A model generated the notes under the pieces. The model saw only the letters and a program-made list of their open reading frames with translations. It was not told the origin of the DNA and did not search any database. From Schmidtea polychroa (Eukaryota), in assembly GCA_044892525.1 (NCBI GenBank), contig CM097887.1, forward strand, positions 77,850,397 through 77,914,396: a DNA stretch of 64,000 bases, read 5' to 3'. Below, one piece after another: positions 25,801 through 38,552 of this stretch (positions are counted from its first letter, which is position 1; every line of letters begins with the position of its first letter). The position numbers and the translations under genes were made by a program.

Positions 25801-28800
25801 GTGGATAATTAATAAAAACTTGTTCTAAAACATAAATCTAAATTACTGTGCAATAACATTCATCACGACCTAATAAACCTCTAAGACGATATAAGTTCAC
25901 TGGAATTATTATTAATTCATAGCTAAATACTGACTATTTCCTTTGAAAATTTGATATTTTACCAATAAGAACATTGTCGATTTAAATAGAGATTTAATTG
26001 TTAAAAACATTCTTCCATTGAAATAATTTAGTAGCTAAATTCAAAGAGTTCACTAAAAGATCAAAATTCATTAAAATAAATATTTAATCACATGTATCAT
26101 CAAATACCTAACTAGAGATGATAATATTTCATTGATTGATCATAATTCTTCATCGATTCAACTAATTATAACCATTATAACATGATATATCTTTCAAACT
26201 AAATTTCGGTATATTTTACAATAATTTTCAAGTAAATTTCAAATATATCATCATCGTGAAAACATTATCTGGTTTCAACTTTAGATTTTCAATATTTTAA
26301 AGTTCATCAATGTGTAAATATTCTTAGAAAAATATATGAAAAAAATTATATAGTCAAATTCAATATCATTACAAAGTCATCATCGTCAAATTTATCCTAT
26401 CACTTGATTATTAACATTAAAAATTAATTTTTATTTAAAATTTAAAAACAAGTCAATAAAATATAGCAAATTATCAAGAAATTAATTAAATTTATCTTAG
26501 AATTAACACTAAACCTTAAATTTTTAAATATTCTTTCAATTAACATGAAATTCACAAAAAATGTTAGTAAAATCCCGCTAACTCTAAAAAATTACCAATG
26601 AATTTAATGCCAAATAATAACCAAAAATTTGCCTAAATAAAATCATTAAAACACAACAGTACCTTTACGACCAGTACCCTTACGACCAATACCCTTACAA
26701 GCAGTACCCATAGAGGGAGAAAATATGTTGTCGGATAAACTCAGAGTATATATAATAAAACGAATTAACAATAACTCTATCAAATTGAATCAGTCAAATT
26801 ATCACAAATTTGATAAAAAATCTTATTCTAAAATGGTAAGCAGCGTAAAATCGAAAGATAATTTTAATAACACAGAGATAAAAATTAACAATATTATTCT
26901 CAGGTGGTAAGAACCATCATTATTCTATGATTAATTAATAATGAAATTCAAAAAAGTGAAAATAAGTGTTCAAATTATTCATTAATGGAAAGTAAATGTA
27001 AATATAGCGAGAAGTGGCATGTATAAGATTGAAATATATTAATTGAATTTATTTAAAATTATTTCATGAAATTCATAAAAATTTATAAAAATGATCACTT
27101 TTATAAAAAATATTTAATAAAATTTTCAAAGAAATATTTGTTGAGAGGATTAGTGGAAAATCTTGGGGCTATAAGTGATGAGGATATATAAAATTATTTC
27201 TAATATATGAGTTACTAACGAATTAAAATATTTTAATAATGTGATAAAAATTTATTTTGATAAAGTATTTAATCCACAAATGAAAACATACATAACAATT
27301 GGTATTTGACTGAGCAATTATGATAAATTCATATTTTAAATTTTGATTAACTCCTTTAATATTGAATTAATAATTATTATATTTACTATTTTACATTAAA
27401 TATTTCAAAAACAAATATTCTAAAAGATAATTTAAGATACATTACTCTTTTCAAACAACATGATCTCTCAAAGTTAAGAAGGAAACAAAGTGTGTCAGAT
27501 CACATACCTAGCATTAACTTTACTTAAATATATGAAAACACCAAGTAAGCAATGATAATAGAGTGATAACAGACTCAAAAATAAAATATTCTTACCACCT
27601 GAGAATAATATTGTTAATTTTTATCTCTGTGTTATTAAAATTATCTTTCGATTTTACGCTGCTTACCATTTTAGAATAAGATTTTTTATCAAATTTGTGA
27701 TAATTTGACTGATTCAATTTGATAGAGTTATTGTTAATTCGTTTTATTATATATACTCTGAGTTTATCCGACAACATATTTTCTCCCTCTATGGGTACTG
27801 CTTGTAAGGGTATTGGTCGTAAGGGTACTGGTCGTAAAGGTACTGTTGTGTTTTAATGATTTTATTTAGGCAAATTTTTGGTTATTATTTGGCATTAAAT
27901 TCATTGGTAATTTTTTAGAGTTAGCGGGATTTTGCTAACATTTTTTGTGAATTTCATGTTAATTGAAAGAATATTTAAAAATTTAAGGTTTAGTGTTAAT
28001 TCTAAGATAAATTTAATTAATTTCTTGATAATTTGCTATATTTTATTGACTTGTTTTTAAATTTTAAATAAAAATTAATTTTTAATGTTAATAATCAAGT
28101 GATAGGATAAATTTGATGATGATGACTTTGTAATGATATTGAATTTGACTATATAATTTTTTTCATATATTTTTCTAAGAATATTTACACATTGATGAAC
28201 TTTAAAATATTGAAAATCTAAAGTTGAAACCAGGTAATGTTTTCACGATGATGATATATTTGAAATTTACTTGAAAATTATTGTAAAATATACCGAAATT
28301 TAGTTTGAAAGATATATCATGTTATAATGGTTATAATTAGTTGAATCGATGAAGAATTATGATCAATCAATGAAATATTATCATCTCTAGTTAGGTATTT
28401 GATGATACATGTGATTAAATATTTATTTTAATGAATTTTGATCTTTTAGTGAACTCTTTGAATTTAGCTACTAAATTATTTCAATGGAAGAATGTTTTTA
28501 ACAATTAAATCTCTATTTAAATCGACAATGTTCTTATTGGTAAAATATCAAATTTTCAAAGGAAATAGTCAGTATTTAGCTATGAATTAATAATAATTCC
28601 AGTGAACTTATATCGTCTTAGAGGTTTATTAGGTCGTGATGAATGTTATTGCACAGTAATTTAGATTTATGTTTTAGAACAAGTTTTTATTAATTATCCA
28701 CTGTTTTATTAAGTCGTTTAGGGTTAATAATCTATTTACTTGGTTTTGACAATGAAATATTTGAAATCTTTAGAGATAAATGATATCAAAGGTTATTTCT

Positions 28801-31659
28801 TTAAATTAGTTTATTTAAGAAGTTATTTTATTCATTGTGAGGATATCAGTGAAGGAAATTTATGATTTTAATTAGATTTCTAGAAATTAAATCGGTTAAA
28901 TATCAGTTAATCTATTGAAGGAATATTGTTATCGGATGGATAAATGATATTTTGCTAAATTACCTTTGCTAAATATTATTTTAAATGACTAAAAATAACA
29001 AAATTAACCAATATTCATAAATTTATCGCACAAAATATCCATGTTTTGGTTACTCAAACATCTTAAATTTCTCGCAAAGATATACTACGTCTAATGATCA
29101 TCTAATTAAATTAGAAAAGAAATATAACCCTATATGAACATGTATTTTTAACTAATAAGCACCTTATTTGGTTAAATGATAACCATATTTCTATTATGAC
29201 TCCTTTAAATATTTTTGCCTCGAACAAATTTACTCCAAATGATAAAGAATTTAAAATTATCAATGAATAATGACCATGTTTTTCTCATATTAATAACTAT
29301 TGTAACGAACATTAGATGAATAAATTACCTTTTGCTTTAAATGTCTAAAAGGTTAACCAATAAATTAGTCGCTCGACATAAGTGTAAAGTTACATTTAAA
29401 ATATTCACGAATTTCTGATCATCTCACTAAATTACCTAAGAATTTCTAAATGATTATTATACCCTTGCGACATGTTGAATGTGACCAGTACCCTTGCTGG
29501 TAATACCCATAGGGGGACAGAATATTTTGTCGGATGAACTCGAAGTATATGGTCTTTATTGATATATCAAAATACTGTTATTTATAAATTAACTAAAAAA
29601 TACTATATTATTTTACTGAATGATAACTTAAATGTTTTTAATATACCTATTTCTAAAGTAAATCGACAGCTCAGACCAACAACATGTATGGATGACCACC
29701 CATTGTTAATTTATTTCCAGTGTCACGTCCCTCAAAAATACCGTGAGTGTTTTAACAAAACTGAGCTAAAAGAAACTTTCCAGATAACAACTCACCTGAA
29801 TGTTTTGAACAAAAATGATCGAAATTGAGAACAAACGATTAGATGGCGATTAACTTCTGGCCACAACCCTAACAACATGAAAATTAAGATTTAATTATTG
29901 AATTCGTTGTTTTCTGCCTGGAAATACTAACAGAATACTTTTTAATTCAAAGAATCTTCATTATAAATTTTTGAATTTAAAAAATTAAATGAAGGATATA
30001 TAAGTGTACATAAAATTATAATATTATATAAAATTATACTGTATTTATTAATAAATTTAGAATACATAAAATTATAATATTATAATATTATATAAAATTA
30101 TACTATATAATAATATTAATGTTTAAATATGCTTAAATAACTAAATTGTTTAAATATTTTTAAATAACTAAATTTAAATTATTTAAATAAACTTTTCATA
30201 TAACTTTATTTCTTTTGTTTTAGTATCCATAAAGTAAGTATATAAAGAATTTACTACAATATTTTAATTATTATATAATGAATTATATAATTATATAAAT
30301 GAATTATATAATTATGAAGAAGATAAACCAGAAAAAATAGTGAAACACTAAAAGACTTATGTTCTGGATTTAGAGATTTCTTATTAAAACATGAATTATT
30401 GGATTATGGGGAAGATGACCAGACAAAATGGTGAAACACTAAAGGAGTTATAGTTCCGGATTTCTTAAATGAATTAGCTGATTGTGGGTGTCCTTCAACA
30501 TGAATGTTTACTTATCAGACTTAAATTATGTAAACTTTCAACGAATGTCAAAAAAAATGGGAAAAATCGATGTTTTAGCAATTAAGTAAAGTACTCGTCA
30601 TACCTGAAGAATATTATTATTAATGTAAGACATGAATTAATTCTTTAAAATATATATATTATATTTAGGTATCTGTGTTTTATGGTGGGAAATGACATGG
30701 AAAAAGTATACCACAAATAACAGTTGACTAATTTATCAAGCCTGTGACGATAAAATGTTAGATAATGTAAGTTAATTGCTTTTAAATCAATATAAATTTT
30801 AGCAATGATAGTTGACGCCGCATCAGAAACTAAGAAATACGTCCAATTTGCAAGATGTATTTCAAATGGCCCGATGGAGATGATAATTTTGAGATAGATT
30901 ACCAGCAGAAGAGCGAGAAAAATTTGTAAATTAAATATAAAAGGGTTGGGTGGGTCCTCTTTATCCCTTAATTAATATATATTTACAAGCTGATCGTCGT
31001 GGTAGGCGGTTGTAATCCAACTAGTGGGAGGCCTCTGTAAATATATATTGTTGTTAGTGAAAACATTAATTAATTTGGTTATAGTGCCAATGACGCATGT
31101 ATTTTGAAATTATACGTTTCGAATGTGCTGGTAGTTGACTACCCATGCTAGGCGTAATGTTCCGTACGGAAAGCTATAATGCCCAGGTTCTTTTGACCCC
31201 ACTTGGGGGATGCACAGACGACCCTTGTGGACGCGAACAAATATCCACCGTGTCTTTCAGGCACAGATATTTGGTCACTGCTCATTAGACCTGGCAATAC
31301 TAAATGCATAAACTTTGCCTTGTCCTCTCTTGTCTTGATTTTTATAGTTTAAATAATTATTAAAAATAGTATGTGTGATAGGTTTTATTTACTAACCTTA
31401 ATTAATTTACCCTTGCGACATGTTGAATGTGACCAGTACCCTTGCTGGTAATACCCATAGGGGGACAGAATATCTTGTCGGATAGACTAGGAGTATATAC
31501 ATCCATTTTAAAAAGGTATGTGTATATAGAATGTATGTATAAAATTATCACTCCTTATTGACAATTTCCTGTAAAGGCAAACACAGAATACTGCAAACAT
31601 ATAATAATTCTCTACCCCATAACTTAGTGTGTAAAAATTATTTTAAGTTTTTGACTAAT

Positions 31660-31701
<42 letters not shown>

Positions 31702-32178
31702 GTTCAAAGGGTTGTATATGTGTGTAGAAAATATTTTAGGTTTTCACTAATATTGATAATAATTGTTAATGGGTTGTGTGTGTGTAAAAATATTTTATGT
31801 TTTTGACTAATATTTGCAATAATAATAATAATAATAATAAAGTTTAATGGGTCGTGTAAAAAATATTTTAGGTTTTTCACTAATATTTGCGTTAATAATA
31901 ATAATGTTTAATGGATTGTGCATGTGTGTGTGTGTAAAAATATTTTATGTTTTTAATATTGATAATAATAATAATAATGGTTGATGGGTTGTGCGTGTAA
32001 ACCATATTTTAGATTTTTCTTTACCAATAATAATAATAATAATAATAATAGATTGACAAGGACTATCGTATAGTCGAAAATTCTTTCATTAAATACATTA
32101 TTTGCAGCAAAAGGCTTAAATTATCATTTTATTGTTTTAAATAATAAATGCTGCTACCAAGCAATCATCATTTTATAC

Positions 32179-32230
<52 letters not shown>

Positions 32231-33767
32231 TTGATAAAAACTTTGAAAATAATTTGAAAATGAATCTTTGAAAATAATACTTTGAAAAATATTCGATGAA
32301 AAGTTCCTGAAATAATCATGAAAATGTTGAAAATCGTGAAAATATTGAAAATGTAGAAAATTATTAAAATAATCATGCAAATGATGAAAATGTTGAAAAT
32401 CATGTAATTGACGTAGAAATTAAGTTTTATGAATATTTAAGTAAATAATAATAATGAAACTTCTAAATTAAAATAATAATTAGAACTTTGCAAATAATAA
32501 TAAAAATAATAATAATAATTCTTTGAAAATAATTCTTTGAAAATAATACTTTGAAAAATATTTGATGAAAATGTTCNNNNNNNNNNNNNNNNNNNNNNNN
32601 NNNNNNNNNNNNNNNNNNNNNNNNNNNNNNNNNNNNNNNNNNNNNNNNNNNNNNNNNNNNNNNNNNNNNNNNNNNNNNNNNNNNNNNNNNNNNNNNNNNN
32701 NNNNNNNNNNNNNNNNNNNNNNNNNNNNNAAATAATAATTTTGAAAATAACATCTTCCGCGCGGGCATTAATATCTTTCCCAATAATAATGATAAATTAA
32801 ATTATTGCGTAATCGATAATTAAACCAAAAAAAATAATATAATCAACGATTTAAACAAAATTAAATTATTACATAATTGATAATTTAAACAAAAATTATT
32901 ATTGCATAATCAACGATTTAAACAAAATTAAGGTATTAAGTAATCGATAATTAAAACAAAAATAAAAATATTATCATACAATCAACAATTTAAACAAAAT
33001 TAAATTATTACATAATTGATAATTAAAACAAAAAAATATTATTATATAATTAACGATTTAAACAATATTAAATTATTAAGTAATCGATAATTAAAAAAAA
33101 ATAAAAAATTATTAAGTAATCGATAATTAAAACCAAAATAAAAATATTATCATATAATCAACGATTTAAACAAAACTAAAATAAAATAATAATATGACCT
33201 TGAAATAATAATATTTTGAAAAATAATAATATGACCTTGAAAATAATAATATGACCTTGAAAATAATAATATTTTGAAAAATAATAATATGACCTTGAAA
33301 AATATAATAATATTTTGAAAAATAATAATATGACCTTGAAAATAATAATATTTTGAAAAAAAATAATATGACCTTGAAAATAATAATATTTTGAAAAATA
33401 ATAATATGATCTTGAAAAATATAATAATATTTTGAAAAATAATAATATGATCTTGAAAAATATAATAATATTTTGAAAAATAATAATATGACCTTGAAAA
33501 ATATAATAATATTTTGAAAAATAATAATATGACCTTGAAAATAATAATATTTTGAAAAATAATAATATGACCTTGAAAATAATAATATTTTGAAAAATAA
33601 TAATATGACCTTGAAAATAATGAAGTTATATTAATGTTATAATAATAATAATAATAATAATATTAATACCCTTGCGACATGTTGAATGTGACCAGTACCC
33701 TTTCTACAAATACACATAGGGGGACACAATATTTTGTCGGATAAACTCGGACTATATAGATTAATAC

Positions 33768-33811
<44 letters not shown>

Positions 33812-35039
33812 TTGATTAAAACTTCGAAAATACTAATTTTGAAAATAACATTTTCCGCGCGAGCGGTAATATCTTTCCCAATAATAATGATAAATTAAAT
33901 TATTACGTAATCGACAATTAAATCCAAAAATATTTCATAATCAACGATTTAAACAAAATTAAATTATTGAGTAATCGATAATTAAAACAAAACATGTTAT
34001 TATTACATAATCAACGATTTAAACAAAATTAAATTATTACGTATTCGATAATTAAAACAAAAAATAAAAATATTATTATATAATCAACGATTTAAACAAA
34101 ATTAAATTATTACGTATTCGATAATTAAAACAAAAAATAAAAATATTATTATATAATTAACAATTTAAACAAAATTAAATTATTACGTATTCGATAATTA
34201 AAACAAAAATAAACCGCTGGAACAAAAATAGATGTCTTTGTTACTAAAAATAGAATGACCTTGGCGAGTCATCGGATCAATGATCGGATCAAAAATGTTA
34301 CTAAAAATATATTCAAAATGTTACTAAAAATAGATGTCTTTGTTACTAAAAATAGAACGACCTTGATGATTCAGCGACTGAGTCATGGTCTTTGTTTAAA
34401 TTACCTTGGTAATTAAAACTTGATGATAATAATAATAATAATAATAATATTAATAATAATAATATTAATACTATTGATAGTAATAAATAATATATCCCAT
34501 GGGTGCGTCATTGTCTTTCTTCAAAAAATAAATGAGTCATCTATGAGTACTTTTGTATTGCCGTTTGTTTTCAAACAATATTGCTGCGAATAGTAGTACA
34601 TCAATATTTAGTTTACCTTTGTTAATTTTACATTATTTTATTGTTTAAATAAATGTATGTTTTGTTGATTTGTTGAGCGTGACCAGTACCCTTGTGAGCA
34701 TTACCCATAGGGGGACAAAATATTTTGTCGGATAGACTCAGAGTATATAGACTNNNNNNNNNNNNNNNNNNNNNNNNNNNNNNNNNNNNNNNNNNNNNNN
34801 NNNNNNNNNNNNNNNNNNNNNNNNNNNNNNNNNNNNNNNNNNNNNNNNNNNNNNNNNNNNNNNNNNNNNNNNNNNNNNNNNNNNNNNNNNNNNNNNNNNN
34901 NTCGAAAGGTCTTGGATTGAGCTTTAAAATGAGCTATCAATTATTAATTTTCGTTGGCGGGAACTTTGAAAAAATTAAAAATAAAATAATAATATTTTTA
35001 AAAATAATAATAAAAATAATAATATTTTTTAAAAATAAT

Positions 35040-35585
35040 AATATGACCTTGATGAGTCATCGCGATGACTCATATGACCTTGGGAATGACCTTGGATGAG
35101 TCATGTGACCTTGAAAATGACCTTGATGAGTCATAGGATGACTCAGATGACCTTGAAAATGACCTTGAAAATTTTGATGAGTCATCGGGTGAGTCATATG
35201 ACCTTGAAAAAATTTTTCAAGGTCAAATGAGTCATACTATGAGTCATGGTCTTTGTTTCAATGACCTTGATGAGGCATAGGATGAGTCATATGACCTTGA
35301 AAAAATTTTCAAGGCCATATGAGTCATACTATGAGTCATATGACCTTGAAAATGACCTTGATGAGTCATGGTCTTTGTTTAAATGACCTTGAGAAAATTT
35401 TTTTGCCCTGGATGAGTCATATTATGAGTCATATGACCTTGAAAATGACCTTGATGAGTCATCGGATGAGTCATGGTCTTTGTTTAAATGACCTTGAAAA
35501 TTTGATGAGTCATAGGATGACTCATGGTCTTTGTTTCAATGACCTTGATGAGTCATATGTCTTTGTTTAAATTTGACCTTGAAAA
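35040..35585. repeat. Subterminal array of ATGA(C/G)TCAT and TGACCTTGA motifs (right arm)
   Basis: Mirror of 18900-19550 with a different unit order and count. Confidence 0.9.
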
Positions 35586-35701
35586 AAAATGTACTTTTAG
35601 ACTTAGAATATTTTTGAAAATCTTACCGACGGGGGGAGGGGGGGGGGGTACTGTGCTAGCGGTGCCCTGTGCCAGCGGTGCCCAATCCATCTACTGATAA
35701 G

Positions 35702-36665
35702 GCAAAAGAGTCAATAGCCAATAACAATGTATTTTTCTAAGAAGCAGCCTATCCAATCTGCTGTTTTGGAATTGCCTTCATCATTTTCAACTCCTTTAAC
35801 TTCCAAAGCAACTGCTGGGCCTCCGTCCCCAACTCAATCTGATCCTGATTATCATTCAATTATAATTTTTTTCTCGTAAAACTATATTTTTTTTATTTGG
35901 AAGAAACTTTTTTTGTTCAATGGAAAATGATGTGATAAGCAATTTACATATTAACTAGCTAGTCACTAAGATAACTTCATATAAATTACTTTAAGTACGT
36001 ATATTATATATTTTTTTTATTTGGAAACCTTTTTTTCAATAGTAGATGTGATAAATAATTTACTAATTAACTAGTCAATACAAATGTTTATAGAAATGAC
36101 TTTATTATTAAAGATATAAAAAAATACTGATTCTGTTTTATTCACCCTTTATATGTAGCCAATGAGTACGTACAGTAAATAATTTTATTATGTACACTAG
36201 AACATCGTTAAATTAAAATTGCTGCGTATAAACATAATTTTATTTTGTTAAATTCCTTTGTCTTTCATCTGTTTTAGAAAGCGGAAATAACCAATTAAAA
36301 TCTCGGCTTCGGATTACAATTCTTCAAATTGGATGGTGGAATTTATCATTTAATAGTTTTAGCGACATTTTATACTGTATTTTATATCGCATAAATACTC
36401 GTATAAATACTCGTTTTAAAAAGTCAAAATTTAAGTTAAGAGAGTGAATTTTTTTTATCTTTCGATTTCTTTTATTTAATATATTTATTTACTATAGGCT
36501 TCAAGTTAATATATTCTTAATATATTATAGCGCAAACGGTATTAAACAATGTTTTAGGCACTCGCAACTGACTTATTTTTTTCAGGTTGATTTAAGATAT
36601 ACGCGGTCTCGCCAATAACGTGGTGGGTCAGGAACGTAACCTCCGCGTTATAGGAGAGACTGCTG
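35702..36665 (+). mobile_element. pogo/Tigger 3' portion and right TIR, right of the Polinton insertion
   Basis: The reading frame resumes across the TSD (EMIR|QKSQ*PITMYFSKK). Tigger-type TIR ...CCGCGTTATAGGAGAGACTGCTG|TA ends at 36665. Confidence 0.75.
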
Positions 36666-37155
36666 TATTTGATAACGACAAACATGCATCCTAGTTGTCC
36701 CAGAATCCCAGTTTAAAGAGGACTGCTGGGTTCAACAGATTTTTTAAACATTACAATCTACAACATAGATAAAAATTACATGAATATTTCAACATAAATA
36801 TTGCATAATATAACACTGTAAAACTCATTTCAATTTTTAAACAAATTTCTGAAACATTAATATTAAAATTAGGGGTCTCGAAATTTTGATTTATATTGAC
36901 AAGAGCTCAAAAATTACTAGAACAATTTCGAAAAATTCAGATTGGTATGAAAAAATGTACTTAGAGAACAAACCTAAAACAATCTAGTCAACTTAAGAAT
37001 ATATTCTGGTCAGAAGAACAGCAACAGAAAAATATGGAATTACAATCAGGTTCAGAATTATTTGTTTGTTTTTAATTGTTGAAAAGATAAATGAATTCCT
37101 TATTTTGTGTTATAAAGGACATAAGTATTAATATAATTAATAAAATATGTAAATA

Positions 37156-38552
37156 CAGGGTTTTTCAATTGAAATCAGATTTTTTTCAAATGAAATCAGA
37201 ATATTTTCAAATGAAATCAGAATTTTTTCAAATGAAATCAGAATTTTTTTCAAATGAAATAAAATTCAAATATGTATATATAATATCCATAAAATATTAA
37301 TATTTTTCAAAATCAATGAACCATAAGACACCTCCAACAAAAAAATCACAATTGAGCAATGCTGCGAGAAAACCTATATGTATCAAATTTGATTCCGGCC
37401 AAAGCGTAAAAAAAATTGCTGCAGATCTCGTTATGAACTATAAAACTGTTTATAGTATTATTAGCATTTACAAGACAACAGGAAGGATTGATAAAATGGA
37501 AGATAGAGGGTGCAAGTCCAAAAAATTGAGCGAAGAGCATTTAGTTTTTCTAAAAGAAAAAATTTCCGATGATTGTTCTACTCCGTTGAGAGGTATGAAA
37601 AGAAGTTTGAGTGAGTCTATGAATGTTAACGTATCGTTGGCCACAATTCATAGGTCAATCAAAGACTTTAATTTCTCTTTTAAACGAGTAGGCTTAATTC
37701 CCGCTGCCCGCAAAACTGCGGAAGCTATTGAGCGCAGGTATGAGTATGCCAATGAATATTTGGCATTAAACTAGGACCATGTCTTTTTCCTTGATGAAAG
37801 CGGTTTCAATTGCTCGATGAGATTGGGATATGGACGAAGCGAAGTAGGGTCTCCTGCTCGCAAAGAAGTGAGAAGTATACGAAGTAAAAACTATTCAGTG
37901 TGCGCAGCAATCAGCAAAATGTCGATTTTGAATTTTGAAGTTGTAGAAGGTGGATACAATGCAGAGAAGTTTACAAATTTTGTCTCCCAATTTATAGGAA
38001 ATCTACGATCACAAGGAATATCGACAGGTACGATTATAATGGATAATTGTACAATAAATAAAAGTGTTGGCGTACGCGATTTGATCAACAATTCTGGATT
38101 TACGTTACGCTTTTACCACCTTATTCGCCGCAGTTAAATCCGATTGAAGAGTGTTTCTCGAAATGGAAATCAATTGTCAAATCGGCTAACGTTCTAAATG
38201 TAATCGAGTTGAAAAACGCTATTGAAATGGGACACAATTCGATAACCACGGAGGATTGTATCGGATTTTTCAACGACACGAGAAGGTTTGCATTAAAGGC
38301 GGTAAGAAGAGAAGAATTCTGATTAAAAGTTTTAACTACCAATTTTTACTCTATCATGATTTCATTTAAAGTGTATATAATATTTTATTACCCATAAAAA
38401 TTATGAATTCAATTTAAAACAGTTCTGATTTCTATTAAAGAAATTTTGATTTCATTTGAAAAAATTCTGATTTTATTTGAAAAAAATCTGATTTCATTTG
38501 AAAAAATTCTGATTTCATTTGAAAAAATTCTGAATTCATTTGAAAAACCCTG
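37156..38552 (+). mobile_element. Tc1/IS630-like DD34E element, full length, transposase (37316-~38325) with one stop and one frameshift
   Basis: TA|CAGGGTTTTTCAA ... TTGAAAAACCCTG|TA, with ~21-bp subterminal repeats (TTTTTCAAATGAAATCAGAA). FLDESGFN, IIMDNC and, after restoring one T, LPPYSPQLNPIEECFSKWK, giving 34 residues between D2 and E. Confidence 0.93.

Larger units (their letters stand above)
18794..35695. mobile_element. Non-autonomous Polinton/Maverick-derived element, almost fully palindromic (arms 18794-26913 and 27589-35695)
   Basis: Termini AGTAGATGGATTGGGCACC ... GGTGCCCAATCCATCTACT with a perfect 6-bp TSD GATAAG (18788-18793, 35696-35701). The AG...CT ends, 6-bp TSD and 16.9-kb size match Polintons. 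The ORF track shows mirrored ORF pairs, none above ~125 aa. Confidence 0.88.

Noticed and set aside
18794-35695. Giant palindrome as a pure assembly fold-back artefact
   Set aside because: The arms differ by SNPs and repeat-array structure, the spacer is unique, the flanks differ, and a perfect TSD restores an interrupted ORF. Long-read confirmation is still desirable.
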